35,289 nt of DNA from Octopus bimaculoides (GCF_001194135.2 NC_068984.1:7381911-7417199), one strand, 5' to 3'; numbered from the stretch's first letter, positions 1 through 12,399 are shown. Program-made: numbers and translations. Notes: generated from the letters alone by a model not told the origin.

Positions 1-58
<58 letters not shown>
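1..58. repeat. (TAT)n microsatellite
   Basis: Perfect trinucleotide run; abuts the 3' end of the RLE-LINE fragment. Confidence 0.98.
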
Positions 59-674
<616 letters not shown>

Positions 675-963
675 AGTGGTGAAATCGAATCATCTAACAC
701 GAAAGGAAACAAAAAGTGAGAAGTAGAGTCTAAGAGAGAATGTGAGAGAGAAATAGTGAGGAGGGGGAGAATTAGAGACAAAGGGACAGAAATAGGGAGT
801 TGTGGTAGGAGGGCAAGTAACTAAACGTAAAACAATAATAATTTAGGCATATGGACAGTAAACGGCGTTTAGGTAAATGTATATATGTACACACATACAC
901 ACAAAAACACATAGGCACACACACACAGATGTACACACACACAGATGTACACACACATATATA

Positions 964-2082
964 TTAGGCTGAGTAAAAAGTAAGCAACGTTTTGAACCAT
1001 GGACAATTCGTACTGGATTTTTGCAGTTTTTAATTTTTTTAAAACATTTTTGCAATTGTCTGTTTATATAGCCATCGATTTGCCCAAATGCAGCAGTAAA
1101 ATAACGTTTGGTGAGGAATTGACCAGTGAGTGGTCAACTCGAAAATGGTTTAAACGATTTCGTAACGGAGACCTGAACAATGAAGATCATGAGCGTAGTG
1201 GACGCCCATCTGTCATCGATGACGGTCAATTAAAGACGTCATTGAGAAAGACCCACATAAAACCACTCGGGGAACTGGCAAAAGAACTTCAAGTTAGTCA
1301 GAAAACTGCCTGCAACCATTTGTATGCGATTGGAAAATCAAAGAAGCTCGACAAATGGGTACCATACGATTTGAATAAAAATCAGAAAATGGGCAGATAT
1401 GAAATTTGCTCTTCGCTTCTTCTCCGTAACCAGACCAATCCATTTCTCCATTGTTGTATCTTGCTGTGAAAAGTGGATTCTGTACAGTAATAAAAAATGT
1501 TCTTCGCAGTGGTTGGACCAAAATGAAGCATCGAGAACCTTCCCTAAACCCAAGCTCTTCAAAAAGAAGGTTATGGTAACACTTTGATGGTGTACTATTG
1601 GACTCATCCACTATGACTTCTTAAAATCCGGAAAAACCATTACTGCAGTATAATATGTTGCTATGAAATTGTCAAAATGAACGAAAAACTGCTACTCTTC
1701 CGTCTCAAACTGGTCAACAGAAGAGGTCAGGACAATGCGCGACCACACGTTTCGCTAATGACGCTCCAGAAGTTGAGGGAACTTGGCTACGAAGTTCTTC
1801 CCCACCCAGCTTATTCCCCAGACCTTTCTCCTACTGACTACTACTTTTCCAAGCACCTTGATGGTTTCCTGCGAGAGAAGGAGTTCAAAAGCCAAACTGA
1901 TGCTGAAAGTGCGTTGAAAGAGTTCATCAACTCCAGAACTCCAGATTTTTATGTTACCAAAATAAACAGATTTGTAAGTCGTTGGCAAAAGTCTGCTGAT
2001 TGTAATGGTACATACTTTCCGCATTGTTGAAATATCTTGTGATGAATTTCATGTTTCAAAACGTTGATAACTTTTTACTCAG

Positions 2083-2087
<5 letters not shown>
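964..2087 (+). mobile_element. Decayed mariner (Tc1/mariner, DD34D-type, Hsmar1-like) transposon with TIRs and TA TSD
   Basis: TIRs TTAGGCTGAGTAAAAAGTAAGCAACGTTTTGAA (964-996) and TTCAAAACGTTGATAACTTTTTACTCAGCGTGA (2055-2087), TA on both sides. Transposase motifs KWFKRFRNGD, RSGRP, WVPYDL, SCCEKWILY (for TCDEKW), QDNARPH, HPAYSPDLSPTDY split over several frames. Confidence 0.95.
999..2030 (+). pseudogene. Mariner transposase, frameshifted, first catalytic D apparently lost
   Basis: ORFs 999..1469, 1399..1587 and 1677..2030 carry consecutive transposase segments with stops and frameshifts. Confidence 0.9.
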
Positions 2088-2155
<68 letters not shown>

Positions 2156-2300
2156 CATATAGATATATATACATACATATATATACACATTCACACATAC
2201 ACACATACATATATATATATATATATAAATACACACACATATCTGTACACAAATGTGTATATGTGTCTGAGAGTGTATGTGTGTGTGCGTGCGTGTGTGT
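2088..2300. repeat. (TA)n/(CA)n/(TG)n compound microsatellite
   Basis: Dinucleotide runs starting at the mariner TA TSD. Confidence 0.95.
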
Positions 2301-3161
2301 GTGCATTCATATATGTAGATATTTATCCATATGTGTATAATGCATAGCCTAGCCAATATTGCAATATAGGAGCTAATCAATCTGAATAAACATAAAATAT
2401 ACATTAAGCCACAATATTTCTGATTATATAAAGGAGAACATTAATAAAGATAGTCATGAGATTGGTTAGGTTTTTGACAAGGGCAGGAAGGTCCGATAAT
2501 TCCTGGAGAGGGCGTTAGGGGGCGTTGATGTTATTGTTTTTACGTATTTCCCGGAGGTTTATGCAGCGCAAATGAATTAAGATGGCGAACAACCAAAAAC
2601 TAGAAATAATTTTGCTACACACCACAGCAATTTTTAAGAGCAAAATGGATTATTAATTGACTCAACCCAAGTATATTACTGATTGTTATTCTATAATCTA
2701 TGCAGGTTTCATTAAAAAAAATATCTATTTTGGTTTCTGAGTGCATACACATTTTTCTATTCTTTTTTTATTTTTATTTTTCATCTTAATTCTTTGAAGA
2801 AATGCTCTACAAAAGAATTATCAAACTAGATTGTAAATTGGCGTGAAATCTGGGATTTGTACATGATGAGAATGGGACCATCTGGTTTTGGGGGTTAATG
2901 ATGACATAAATTACGTGATATTGTTACAGCTGTTAATGGAATCGAGATTAGGGCACCAGCTCCACTGAGATGGTATTTACGATTCCACTAACATGACATT
3001 CCAACAAAATTAATACATAAACACATCAATAAACAGTAACACATTGGAAATACGGTCCCCGCTTTTTTTTCATTCAATGCTTCAACTTTCACGTAAAAGC
3101 TCCACGTAAACGACCCAAAAAACATGAACTAGAAAAAAAGGTGCTGTTGTATATATCTTAC

Positions 3162-3214
3162 TTGTTTGTACTTGGTCGCAACCGGACACACTCTGGGTTG
3201 GATATATTAAAAGT
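3162..3214 (-). CDS. Candidate internal exon (53 bp, phase 0 to 2): TFNISNPECVRLRPSTN, GAIN/GPS-entry-like
   Basis: Acceptor ttttgtttttag, donor CAA|gtaaga; open frame; N-x-NP-x-C resembles the latrophilin-type NFNPNC; phase-compatible with the 13789..13850 exon. Confidence 0.45.
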
Positions 3215-3273
3215 CTAAAAACAAAACGAAATAAAGAATTAAATTTAATAAATGAAAAAAAAAAAGAAATATA

Positions 3274-3532
3274 CAGTAATCACTCACCACATCTCGTTTC
3301 ACCTACCGCCGTTCACCTATCGCGGTTCACTTATCACAATTCACTTATCGCGGTTCACCTATCACGGTTTGTTATTTAAGCTTCCTCCGTGTTGTTTTGC
3401 ATTTATAATGAAATAAATATATACAAATTATAAAAATAATTTTAAAAATACAGTACAGTTTCTACTTCGCGGATTTTCACCTATCGCGTGTGGTTTTAAA
3501 ACGTAACACCCACGGTAGCCGAGGGATTACTG
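3274..3532. mobile_element. pogo/Tigger-like MITE
   Basis: TA|CAGTAATCACTC ... GAGGGATTACTG|TA termini; five tandem 14-bp TTCACCTATCGCGG-like units (3298-3367) and one more near the right end. Confidence 0.8.
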
Positions 3533-3663
3533 TATTAGAAGTAAATGCAAATATGAGACAAACACTGAAAAGAAAAATGTGTTATTTTAAGAGGTTTAGG
3601 GCTCGGCTTAACCGGAAGTCTTATCAAGGTTACAAAAACGATTGCATTATACTTTTTTTTTGT

Positions 3664-3867
3664 TTTTCTCACTTGTTTTAGTCATCTGACTGCGGCCATG
3701 ATGGAGCACCACATTTAGTCGAACAAATCGACCCCAGGACTTATACTTTGTAAGCCTAGTACTTATTCTATTGGTCTCTTTAACTGAGCTGCTAAGTTAC
3801 GAGGATGTAAACATAAAAGAACATTGGTTGTCAAGCGATGGTGGTGGGGGAACAAACACAGACACGC
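3664..3867 (-). mobile_element. SINE family C, 3' half
   Basis: Reverse complement matches 16181-16370 and 32110-32306, including the tail CATGGCCGCAGTCA..TGACT.AAAC. Confidence 0.85.
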
Positions 3868-4196
3868 AACCCATTTTTATTTTATTTTATTTTATATTGT
3901 ATATTGTATATCATATTATATATTGTATATTCCATATTCTATACCCCACATTAGTTCTGCAGGAATATAAATAAAACATAAAAAACAGACAGTGTTGGAA
4001 CTCTTTTAAGCAAAATAATATATNNNNNNNNNNNNNNNNNNNNNNNNNNNNNNNNNNNNNNNNNNNNNNNNNNNNNNNNNNNNNNNNNNNNNNNNNNNNN
4101 NNNNNNNNNNNNNNNNNNNNNNNNNNNNNNNNNNNNNNNNNNNNNNNNNNNNNNNNNNNNNNNNNNNNNNNNNNNNNNNNNNNNNNNNNNNNNNNN

Positions 4197-4393
4197 ATTG
4201 CCCACAGGGTCCTAGACATAGAGAGGACAAACAGGGACAGAAGACAAAGGGATTAATTCGATTACATCGATCCCCAGTGCGTAACTGGTACTTATTTAAT
4301 CGATCCCGAAAGGATGAAAGGCAGAGTAGACCTCGGCAGACGAAATACCGCTAAGCATTTCGCCCGGTGTGCTAAGGTTTCTGCCAGCCCGCC
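4197..4393 (-). mobile_element. SINE family B (tRNA-derived head) with internal deletion, nested in a family C copy
   Basis: Reverse complement matches 8063-8299; joins directly onto the C 5' half. Confidence 0.85.
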
Positions 4394-4561
4394 GTACGAC
4401 AGGCTTCTTTCAGTTTCCGTCTTCCAAATCCACTCACAAGACTTTGGTCGGCCCGAGGCTATAGTAGAAAACACTTTCCCAAGGTGCCACGCAGTGGGAC
4501 TGAACCCGGAGCCATGTGGTTGGAAAGCAAGCTTCTTACCACACACCCACGCATGCGCCTA
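4394..4561 (-). mobile_element. SINE family C, 5' half (tRNA-like head)
   Basis: Reverse complement matches 35115-35289, with A-box/B-box-like TGGTAAG..GGTTCAGTCCC. Confidence 0.85.
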
Positions 4562-4589
4562 TACCTCTTATATAGAACTAATCTTTTAA

Positions 4590-4742
4590 CTTTTACTCGT
4601 TTCAGTCATTGAACTTTGGCCATGCTGGGACAACGGCTTGAGGAATTTTAACCTCAGTTCTTTTTTCTTAAAGCCTTGTAGTTATTCTATCAGCCGCTTT
4701 CGCCGAACCGCTAATCTTTGGGGACGGAAACATGCCAACATA
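4590..4742 (-). mobile_element. SINE family C-related 3' part, diverged
   Basis: Tail GTTTCAGTCATT...GGCCATGCTG and GCCGAACCGCTAA shared with family C. Confidence 0.7.
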
Positions 4743-4817
4743 GTTGAAAAATTATGGTGGAGGATACACACACCCAACCGAGCGCGCGCACAGACACACA
4801 CACACGCACATGGACTT

Positions 4818-4862
<45 letters not shown>

Positions 4863-4873
4863 NNNNNNNNNNA

Positions 4874-5178
4874 TATTTGTGGTCTGATCAATAAGTATCG
4901 GGGCTGTTTCCATAGTAACGAAGCTAAAGCACGCTGAGTGAAGCTGCTTGGCACAGATTGACCCTGAACTCTGTAGTGTATGCGCACTAAGTTTTAACGA
5001 TCTAGCTCACTTCCTCTGTTTACAGCAGTGCTTGGAAGGAAAGTGTGTAGTGCGTGAAGGTCGCATTGACCGTGACAGAAAGTTAAGCAGAGCATCTCTA
5101 TCATATTTTGCCGAAAGATTCGTGAATACCTGCTCAGAGGCCTACGCAATGTTGCAGAGAATGTATGGAGAGGAGTAA
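4874..5178 (+). mobile_element. Mariner 5' fragment (second family)
   Basis: Terminal-like GTGGTCTGATCAATAAGTATC; frameshifted N-terminal transposase (KQSI.I.FC.K...TCSEAYAMLQRMYGEE). Confidence 0.6.
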
Positions 5179-5190
5179 AATTACCTCACT

Positions 5191-5783
5191 GACTGACACT
5201 ACTTGCTGCGTCTGTCCACTTTTTATTAGTAGCCGACCAGCCCACTTCTCATTTGGGGTTGTCCGCCGCAGCACCCCCTTTGCGATTTTTTTCACACATT
5301 ATTTTTTTCCTTTTTCATTTCTTTTCCTCCGACACAAAGATTTATAATTTTTTCTTCCACACAGAATTATTTTTTCCTTCACAATGCCGCACATAGTACC
5401 AGTCTACATTGTTTACCCGTAGCGCTACTAACACATAGTGACCTAACTAAAATCCTTCACACGTATTTGTTATTATTTTTCATTGTTCAGTTCTCTTAGT
5501 TCAAATCCTATTTCGGAATTTTTAATATTTTTTCCTGTGTGTAGTTCTTCGATTTCGACCCTCCTACAAGCGTTCGTAACCTCGTTACCACTGCTATAAC
5601 GACACCGTTATACAATGGGAGGAACCCTCCTCGCCACTGATATGTCCCGCATTATGAGGACATAACTTCGTCGTCTGCGTGATTGACCCATACGACGTAC
5701 ATCGCCGACTGACACTACTTGCTGTGTCTGTCCACTATTTATTAGTAGTGGACCAGCCCACTTCTCACCAGGAGGTGTCCGCC
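5191..5783. repeat. Pair of ~77 bp direct repeats (5191-5267, 5707-5783)
   Basis: GACTGACACTACTTGCTG.GTCTGTCCACT..TTATTAGTAG..GACCAGCCCACTTCTCA...GTCCGCC occurs twice, 516 bp apart. Confidence 0.85.
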
Positions 5784-5829
5784 ACAACCCTTTTCAACAA
5801 CATTATACTACTTGTGCTCTTAAATGCAA

Positions 5830-6115
5830 GCGAGACGTAATCTACGGCGCAACGGGCCATGGATAGATCTGTGCTAAGAATTTCATTGCGCGAATATATA
5901 CGAAATGAGGCGATTTTAGATCAGAGTGAAATGAACGATGTGATCGCTGAACACCGAAAACAAGTTCCGCTGAGCAGGTCATGTCGCGAGATTCACAGAC
6001 GGCAGGTGGACAGGTGTAGTTGCCGAGTAGCATCCCAGACAACGGGGGAAAAGGCGCCACTGGAAAGGCCTCCACGACGATGGCAAGACAAGCGAAATGA
6101 AGAAAGAACCTGAAG
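5830..6115 (+). mobile_element. RTE-clade LINE C-terminal fragment, decayed
   Basis: LRISLREYIRNE.., frameshifted (W)AGHVARFTDGRWT..V.E(W).P, and KAPLERPPRRWQD match the RTE RT C-terminus. Confidence 0.8.
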
Positions 6116-6360
6116 CTCAATGTAACTAGCGGTGAATAACAACATCTGATAGTCTTGTCGATATGGTGATACAGTGATATAGATACATGTTTGTATGTGT
6201 ATAAAGAAAATATATACACTATGTATGTCAGACCGATAATGCTTACGGTATTAAGGCTTTTAATTCGTAATTTAATTTTCTTCCACACGTGCGATGCCGC
6301 AGCGCATCAGATAATGTTTTCGCTACTAAAGATGATTTTAATTCGTACTGTGTGTTTGTG

Positions 6361-6460
<100 letters not shown>

Positions 6461-7094
6461 ATTATTATGTTTTAGCTTCCGGTTGCTTATGGGCTGCTGT
6501 ACGGTAGTCGTCGCAGATAATTAATATAACAAAATGCCGCTAATAAATAACAAGAATGAATTAAATGCCTTTTAGCCGAAATAGAAATTCTTGTTTGATG
6601 AAATCTCTTGAGAGAAGATTTTGATCTGACCATTTAAGCTGAGGATATTTTAGAATAATTTTCAATTATTTCGATAATTCCCCCACTGCGTCGGTCTATC
6701 GCCATTTTGATTCTGTCTGCTGCCAATGGAAAATATCGTAAAGTGGCTTTTGTAGAGAACAGGTTTTTATATTCTAAATAGCAATGACAATAAACTATGA
6801 GACAATGTCACTGTGTTGGTCGTTGCTGCTTCACTCCAGAGTAGTGCAACCCTGAATCGAAAATATTCCAGTAATTGTCGCGCCGTATTTTAGGGATATC
6901 TAGATATTTTAGGGAGATCTAGATATCTAGAACAACATTATTCGACGAGTTCATTAATTTTTAAGACTCTTCTTTTCATATCTAAGGAATATTTGGCTAC
7001 TATAACTAGCAAGTCAAGCAGTCTTGTAAAGCCACTTTTAATTGGCTTACTGTACAACGGAGCATATTTCATGGCGGCAATTCGAAGCGTTGCA

Positions 7095-7250
7095 GTTGCT
7101 ATTGTTTTTGTGGTTGTTGTTGTTGTTGCAGCTGTTATTTAAGCTGTTGATGCTGTTGTTGTTGTGGTAGTAGTTATTGTTGTTGTTGTTGTTGCTGTTG
7201 TTCTTGTTCTTGCTTTTCTTGTCGTTATTGCTGTAATTGTTGTTGTTGGT
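7095..7250. repeat. Degenerate (GTT)n repeat
   Basis: GTT/GCT-rich triplet run. Confidence 0.9.
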
Positions 7251-7464
7251 TAGTCCCTCGTTGGACCTGATTGAGCAGACCTATAACGAAAGCGCTCCCT
7301 ACTTTGATTATTTAATATACATTTATTTCGGGCATCGATTATCTTGGACTACAACATTCAATGTCTCCGTCATAGGTAAGTCGGTAGAGAATTGAGGCTG
7401 CCAACTCTCGCAGATTGAACGAGCAAGCAGAAAATTCTTCATTTGGTTCCATAAAAGAAATATT

Positions 7465-7603
7465 CTTTTCTACTCCAGGCACAAGGCACGAAATTTTGTG
7501 GGGAGGAGGCGAGTTGATTAGATCGACCCAAGTACGCAACTAGTACTTAATTTATCGACCTCGAAAGGATGAAAGGCACAGTCGACCTCGGCAGAGTTGG
7601 AAC
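7465..7603 (-). mobile_element. 5'-truncated SINE B with 17-bp TSD
   Basis: TCCATAAAAGAAATATT at 7448-7464 and 7604-7620; core ATCGACC.CGAAAGGATGAAAGGC...GTCGACCTCGG. Confidence 0.9.
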
Positions 7604-7819
7604 TCCATAAAAGAAATATTGTATATTGATGTACTGTAAGTGAAAAATAATGAGTGAGTGCAGCCACGCCCCTATTTCACTCCAGTGCATACAATTATTC
7701 GATATTATGATAATCTAGCGATTACTGATTGATTATTGATCCCAGTTGTAGTGGTAACAGATGCAATGCTACTGTTCTGTTAATTTATTATTAGGCGTCA
7801 GATTTAATTAAAGATATAG

Positions 7820-8020
7820 GTGACAGAAACATTTGCATGTCGGACAAAATGCTTAGCGGAATTTCGTTCGTCCTTATGTTCTGAGTTCAAATTCTGCCGA
7901 GATCGGCTTTACCTTTCATCCTTTCGGGATCGTTACAATAAGATCCAGCTGTGTACTGCAGTCGATGTAATCGATTTTTCCCTCCTTCGAAATTGCTGGC
8001 CTTGTGCTAAAACTTGAAAC
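7820..8020 (+). mobile_element. SINE B, diverged
   Basis: AAATGCTTAGCGG..TTCTGAGTTCAAATTC..CCTTTCATCCTTTCGGG core. Confidence 0.85.
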
Positions 8021-8062
8021 CAAACAAAGATAGTCATCGATGCTTTTATATTGTATGACACG

Positions 8063-8299
8063 AGGGCAACGAGCTGGCAGAATCGTTAGCACGCCGGGCG
8101 AAATGCTTAGCGGTATTTCGTCTGCCGTTACTTTCTGAGTTCAACTTCCCCCGAGGTCGACATTGCCTTTCATACTATCAGGGTCGATTAAATGAATACC
8201 AGTTATGCACTGGGGCCGGTGTAATCGACTTAATTCCTTTGTCTGTCCTTGTTTATCCCCTCTATGTTTAGCCTACTGTGAGCAATAAAGAAAGAAATA
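8063..8299 (+). mobile_element. Full-length SINE B with 16-bp TSD
   Basis: TATATTGTATGACACG at 8047-8062 and 8300-8315; tRNA-like head TGGCAGAATCGTTAGC, B-box-like GAGTTCAA, A-rich tail. Confidence 0.92.
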
Positions 8300-8618
8300 T
8301 ATATTGTATGACACGCCATTCCCAACCAACTTAATGAACGTGATCGATTAGCAATAAAGGTGTTTTTTTAATTATTATTTGATGTGCCTGTGGGAACGGG
8401 CAGAGTCCATAACCTTCATTGTGCCCTCTAGGGAACTGAGAGATTAATGTCATTAAGGTTTCAACATTTTTGGTTTAGTAATGAGCAGTAAAGCGATTTG
8501 TAGAGAGCCAACGATCTGGGAAGACTACCTTCGCTGTAATGGTCATTACAGGATCGGGTAGAGCTGGGGTACGCTAAATGAGCAAATTGTAATGGCGAAC
8601 AGTTTTTCGGAAGCAAAG

Positions 8619-8735
8619 TGAAGACACGCGGCTTGATGGGTCTCTCGATCATAAGGTCATGAGTTCGATTCCCCGCCACGCATTCTGTCCTTCAGCAAGA
8701 CACTTTATTTCACGTTGCTCCAGTCCAGTCAGTTT
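8619..8735 (+). mobile_element. tRNA-derived SINE head (family E), decayed
   Basis: GAGTTCGATTCCC B-box followed by ..CAAGACACTTTATTTCACGTTGCTCCAGT, a CORE-like segment. Confidence 0.55.
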
Positions 8736-8824
8736 TGTATCTTTGTTAAAAACCAGCTCCCTCTTCGGAGGAAGAATTTAAATAATCAATAAAGAATACA
8801 CACACATGCATATATGTACATGTA

Positions 8825-8827
<3 letters not shown>

Positions 8828-8901
<74 letters not shown>

Positions 8902-8922
8902 GTATATAGGTATATATATATG
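8828..8922. repeat. (TA)n microsatellite
   Basis: Dinucleotide run. Confidence 0.97.
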
Positions 8923-9139
8923 CAGGTTATGAGCGACAATGGTGTCAATTAGACCCAGAGGTTTCAGGTAATGCTAAGTAAGTGCTATGGATAGACCACG
9001 GTTAAGCTCGAGATTCGGTGGTTAGGCGAATAAGGGGTCTAACGTAGGTCATATATCAGCGTGTGAATATACAATATACTTTTTGTAAAGAGATAAAAAA
9101 ACCAAATCTGTGTATAATATAGAACATTTATAAATCGAA

Positions 9140-9189
9140 TGTCTTACAGCTGTTTCTAGGATATTTATTATATCCCTTCATCGGAGACG
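9140..9189 (-). ncRNA. Minimal type I hammerhead-ribozyme-like motif (Penelope-associated type), core variant CCGAUGA
   Basis: Minus strand reads GUCU-CCGAUGA-A-GGGAUAU(AAUAA)AUAUCCU-A-GAAA-CAGCUG-UA-AGAC: stem I GUCU/AGAC, stem II, palindromic mini stem III, GUA cleavage triplet. Confidence 0.55.
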
Positions 9190-9204
9190 GTGTGAGAGGA
9201 TGGT

Positions 9205-9567
9205 GAAGCGGTTACGTTAACCAGGGTTCCAGTTGATCCGATCAACAGAACAGTCTGCTCGTGAAATTAACGTGCAAGTGACTGAGCACTCCACAGACAC
9301 TCGTACCCTTAATGCAGTTCTCGGGGAGATTCAGTGTGACACAGAGTGTGACAAGGCTGACCCTTTGAAATACAGACACAACAGAAACAAGAAGAAAGAG
9401 TGAGAGGAAGTTGTGGCGAAAGAGTACAGCAGGGTTCACCACTGCCGGAGTCTCCTGAAGCTTCTTAGGTGTTTTCGCTCACTAAACACTGACAACGCCT
9501 GGTCTGGGAAACGAAACCACGATCCTACAACTGCTAGTCGGCTGCCCTAACCACTGGGCCATTGAGC
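9205..9567 (-). mobile_element. SINE family D, near full length
   Basis: Homologous to 23593-23923 and 32504-32790; minus-strand tRNA-like head TGGCCCAGTGGTTAGGGCAG..GGTTTCG.TTCCC. Confidence 0.9.
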
Positions 9568-9602
<35 letters not shown>

Positions 9603-9776
9603 TGTGTGTGTGTATCGTATGTACATTTGTGTGTGAATGTGTCTTTCACTACAGAGGATATGATTATCCATAAAAAACCCTTTTACATTTTTTATAAAAA
9701 TAAATTTGCTAGCGATGTTTTTTCTACACCGAGCTACAGTCACTCCCTTGTCTTTTTTATTATTACAAATACAAAT

Positions 9777-9930
9777 AGGCCGGTGAGCTGACAGAATCGT
9801 TAGCATGGCGGACAAAATGCTCAGGGTAATTTCATCCGTCTTCATGTTCTGAGTTTAAATTCGGCCGATTTCGATTTTGTCTTTCATCCTTTTGCGGTCG
9901 ATGAAATAAATACTAGTTGAGTACCGGGGT
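9777..9930 (+). mobile_element. SINE B, diverged
   Basis: GAGCTGACAGAATCGTTAGCA..TTCTGAGTTTAAATTC..TTTCATCCTTTT. Confidence 0.85.
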
Positions 9931-10130
9931 TTGGAACCATGATACCAAATACTTGTCAACCGGTGATTGTCCAGCGAAAAATCTGATACCAGCGACGCTG
10001 CCGTTCACCGAAGGTGACACAAAATAAATTTACAAATACAAAAATCACAAAAACAACAAAACAGCCACAAAAGAAAACTAACAAGCACAAAGAGAACGCT
10101 AATAACAACTGTCTGAGTAACAACTGGTCT

Positions 10131-10162
<32 letters not shown>

Positions 10163-10196
10163 CAACAGAAGCAGCAGTAGCAGCAGCAGCAACAGT
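10131..10196. repeat. (AGC)n microsatellite
   Basis: Trinucleotide run producing the poly-S/L/A ORFs. Confidence 0.95.
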
Positions 10197-10379
10197 AGGC
10201 ACCTTCAAGATGGCAACATTCCATGGCAGGTTATATTACATATTGTATTTCTGAAGCCAAACCATGGATCGATGGTCGTTCCCCCACATCCGTGTATGAG
10301 AGGTGCCGCTCTAAATATACCATTAGCCATACAACGTTGTTCTGAAGTGGGATTCTTACGAAATTAGTTCTATGTATTT

Positions 10380-10800
10380 CTTTCACCTCCACCCCCTCCT
10401 CTGTTTTAGCATTAATCTCATTTCTCTCTTTCTTCTTCCTCCATCTTCCACTCTTCCTCTGTCTTTCTCTCTCTCTGTCTCTCTGTCTCTCTGAATCTTT
10501 GTCTCCCTCTTTGTCTCTCTTTTTCTCTCTCTCTCTGTCACTCTCACCCTGTCTCTACCTCCCTCTCTATCTGTCTCTGTCTGTCTGTCTCTGTCTGTCT
10601 GTCTCTGTCTCTGTCTCTCTCTCTATCTCTCTCTCTGTTTGTCTCTCTATCTGGCTAATGCTCTTTATCACTGATATTTACCTCCCTCTCTTCCTCCATC
10701 TCACTGGCATCCCATCTCTCTTTCTCTTTCTATGTCTCTATATCTTTCTCTGTCTATCTTTCTTTCTTTCTCTCTCTCCTTCTCTCTTGTCCGATTCTTG
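10380..10800. repeat. (CT)n/(CTGT)n pyrimidine-rich low-complexity tract
   Basis: Composition. Confidence 0.9.
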
Positions 10801-11204
10801 AGAAATCGAATATCTGTAACACAGCCGTTTGTACTTTCATCTTTTGCACAAAATATCGATGAACGCTAAGTTGAAGCTAAAGAACTCAATCCTTTAATGG
10901 CTTTATCGAAGCCAAAAGCATAAAAAAAAAAAACTGATTCTTTGAAAAACACCAATACAGCAAAAATAAGTCCACTGTTTGGGGGGCTTTTTTTTCCAGA
11001 TAATCCTGGATTAACCACAAATGGAAGAAGTTAGTATTGTTTAGAATTATCGGTCATTCGTAAATGTAGAATTCTAGGAATACTACCAAGATAAAAACCG
11101 TTTGTAACAAGAATTATTTTTAGCCCCAGTTCTGGTGGCATCCACCGATTGGCAATTATTTACGCGTAACAAAATCTTGCTTTTCTTTTTTAATTCAAAT
11201 ATAG

Positions 11205-11295
11205 CAGTTTAAGAGAGAGACAGATAGAATAAGCACTGGACACGATTCGTTCGACTAATGACGATGCTCCAGTATGGCCGCAATGTAATGACGAA
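11205..11295 (+). mobile_element. SINE C 3' tail remnant
   Basis: GATAGAATAAG.ACT..GATTCGTTCGACTAA..TGCTCCAGTATGGCCGCA. Confidence 0.6.
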
Positions 11296-11383
11296 AGGAA
11301 TATGTATATACACACACACACACACACACGTACACACACACATATATAGTACATATATATATATACACATATATATAGTGTAT

Positions 11384-11432
<49 letters not shown>

Positions 11433-12237
11433 CATACATACATACATACATACATGCATAAATATATATACATNNNNNNNNNNNNNNNNNNNNNNNNNNN
11501 NNNNNNNNNNNNNNNNNNNNNNNNNNNNNNNNNNNNNNNNNNNNNNNNNNNNNNNNNNNNNNNNNNNNNNNNNNNNNNNNNNNNNNNNNNNNNNNNNNNN
11601 NNNNNNNNNNNNNNNNNNNNNNNNNNNNNNNNNNNNNNNNNNNNNNNNNNNNNNNNNNNNNNNNNNNNNNNNNNNNNNNNNNNNNNNNNNNNNNNNNNNN
11701 NNNNNNNNNNNNNNNNNNNNNNNNNNNNNNNNNNNNNNNNNNNNNNNNNNNNNNNNNNNNNNNNNNNNNNNNNNNNNNNNNNNNNNNNNNNNNNNNNNNN
11801 NNNNNNNNNNNNNNNNNNNNNNNNNNNNNNNNNNNNNNNNNNNNNNNNNNNNNNNNNNNNNNNNNNNNNNNNNNNNNNNNNNNNNNNNNNNNNNNNNNNN
11901 NNNNNNNNNNNNNNNNNNNNNNNNNNNNNNNNNNNNNNNNNNNNNNNNNNNNNNNNNNNNNNNNNNNNNNNNNNNNNNNNNNNNNNNNNNNNNNNNNNNN
12001 NNNNNNNNNNNNNNNNNNNNNNNNNNNNNNNNNNNNNNNATATTCATATTCGGTTAAAATATATACATATTCGGTTAAAATGTCTAACGTTTAAGCTGGT
12101 TGCCATGCATTTCCGTGAAGCGATTACATTTTTATCAACATCACCTATTCCTATGGAAGGTATAATTCGTAATCTTCGAAACATATGTTGGAAATAAAAG
12201 TCTTCAGTTAACATATGCATTTTACTCTATTTACTAA

Positions 12238-12270
<33 letters not shown>

Positions 12271-12399
12271 CATATATATACATATATATATACATACATA
12301 CATACATACATACATGCATAAATATATATACATTCATTTATGAAAGAAATATAAATATTATCCTGCAAGAATGTAGCACCATAAAAGGTAGAATTATAA

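Noticed and set aside
2860-2990. Possible micro-exons on either strand (VNGIEIRAPAPLRW; WNRKYHLSGAG..; KWSHSHH)
   Set aside because: None gives the expected W-x(3)-GC in phase with 3162, and the splice signals are mediocre.
3298-3367. Short regular repeats, here and at 21023, as CRISPR-like arrays
   Set aside because: No unique spacers; eukaryotic transposon context.
6620-7030. Possible decayed LINE endonuclease on the minus strand
   Set aside because: No convincing APE motifs recovered in any frame.
8063-8150. tRNA-like A/B boxes here and in other SINE heads
   Set aside because: No full cloverleaf; they are multi-copy SINE heads, not tRNA genes.
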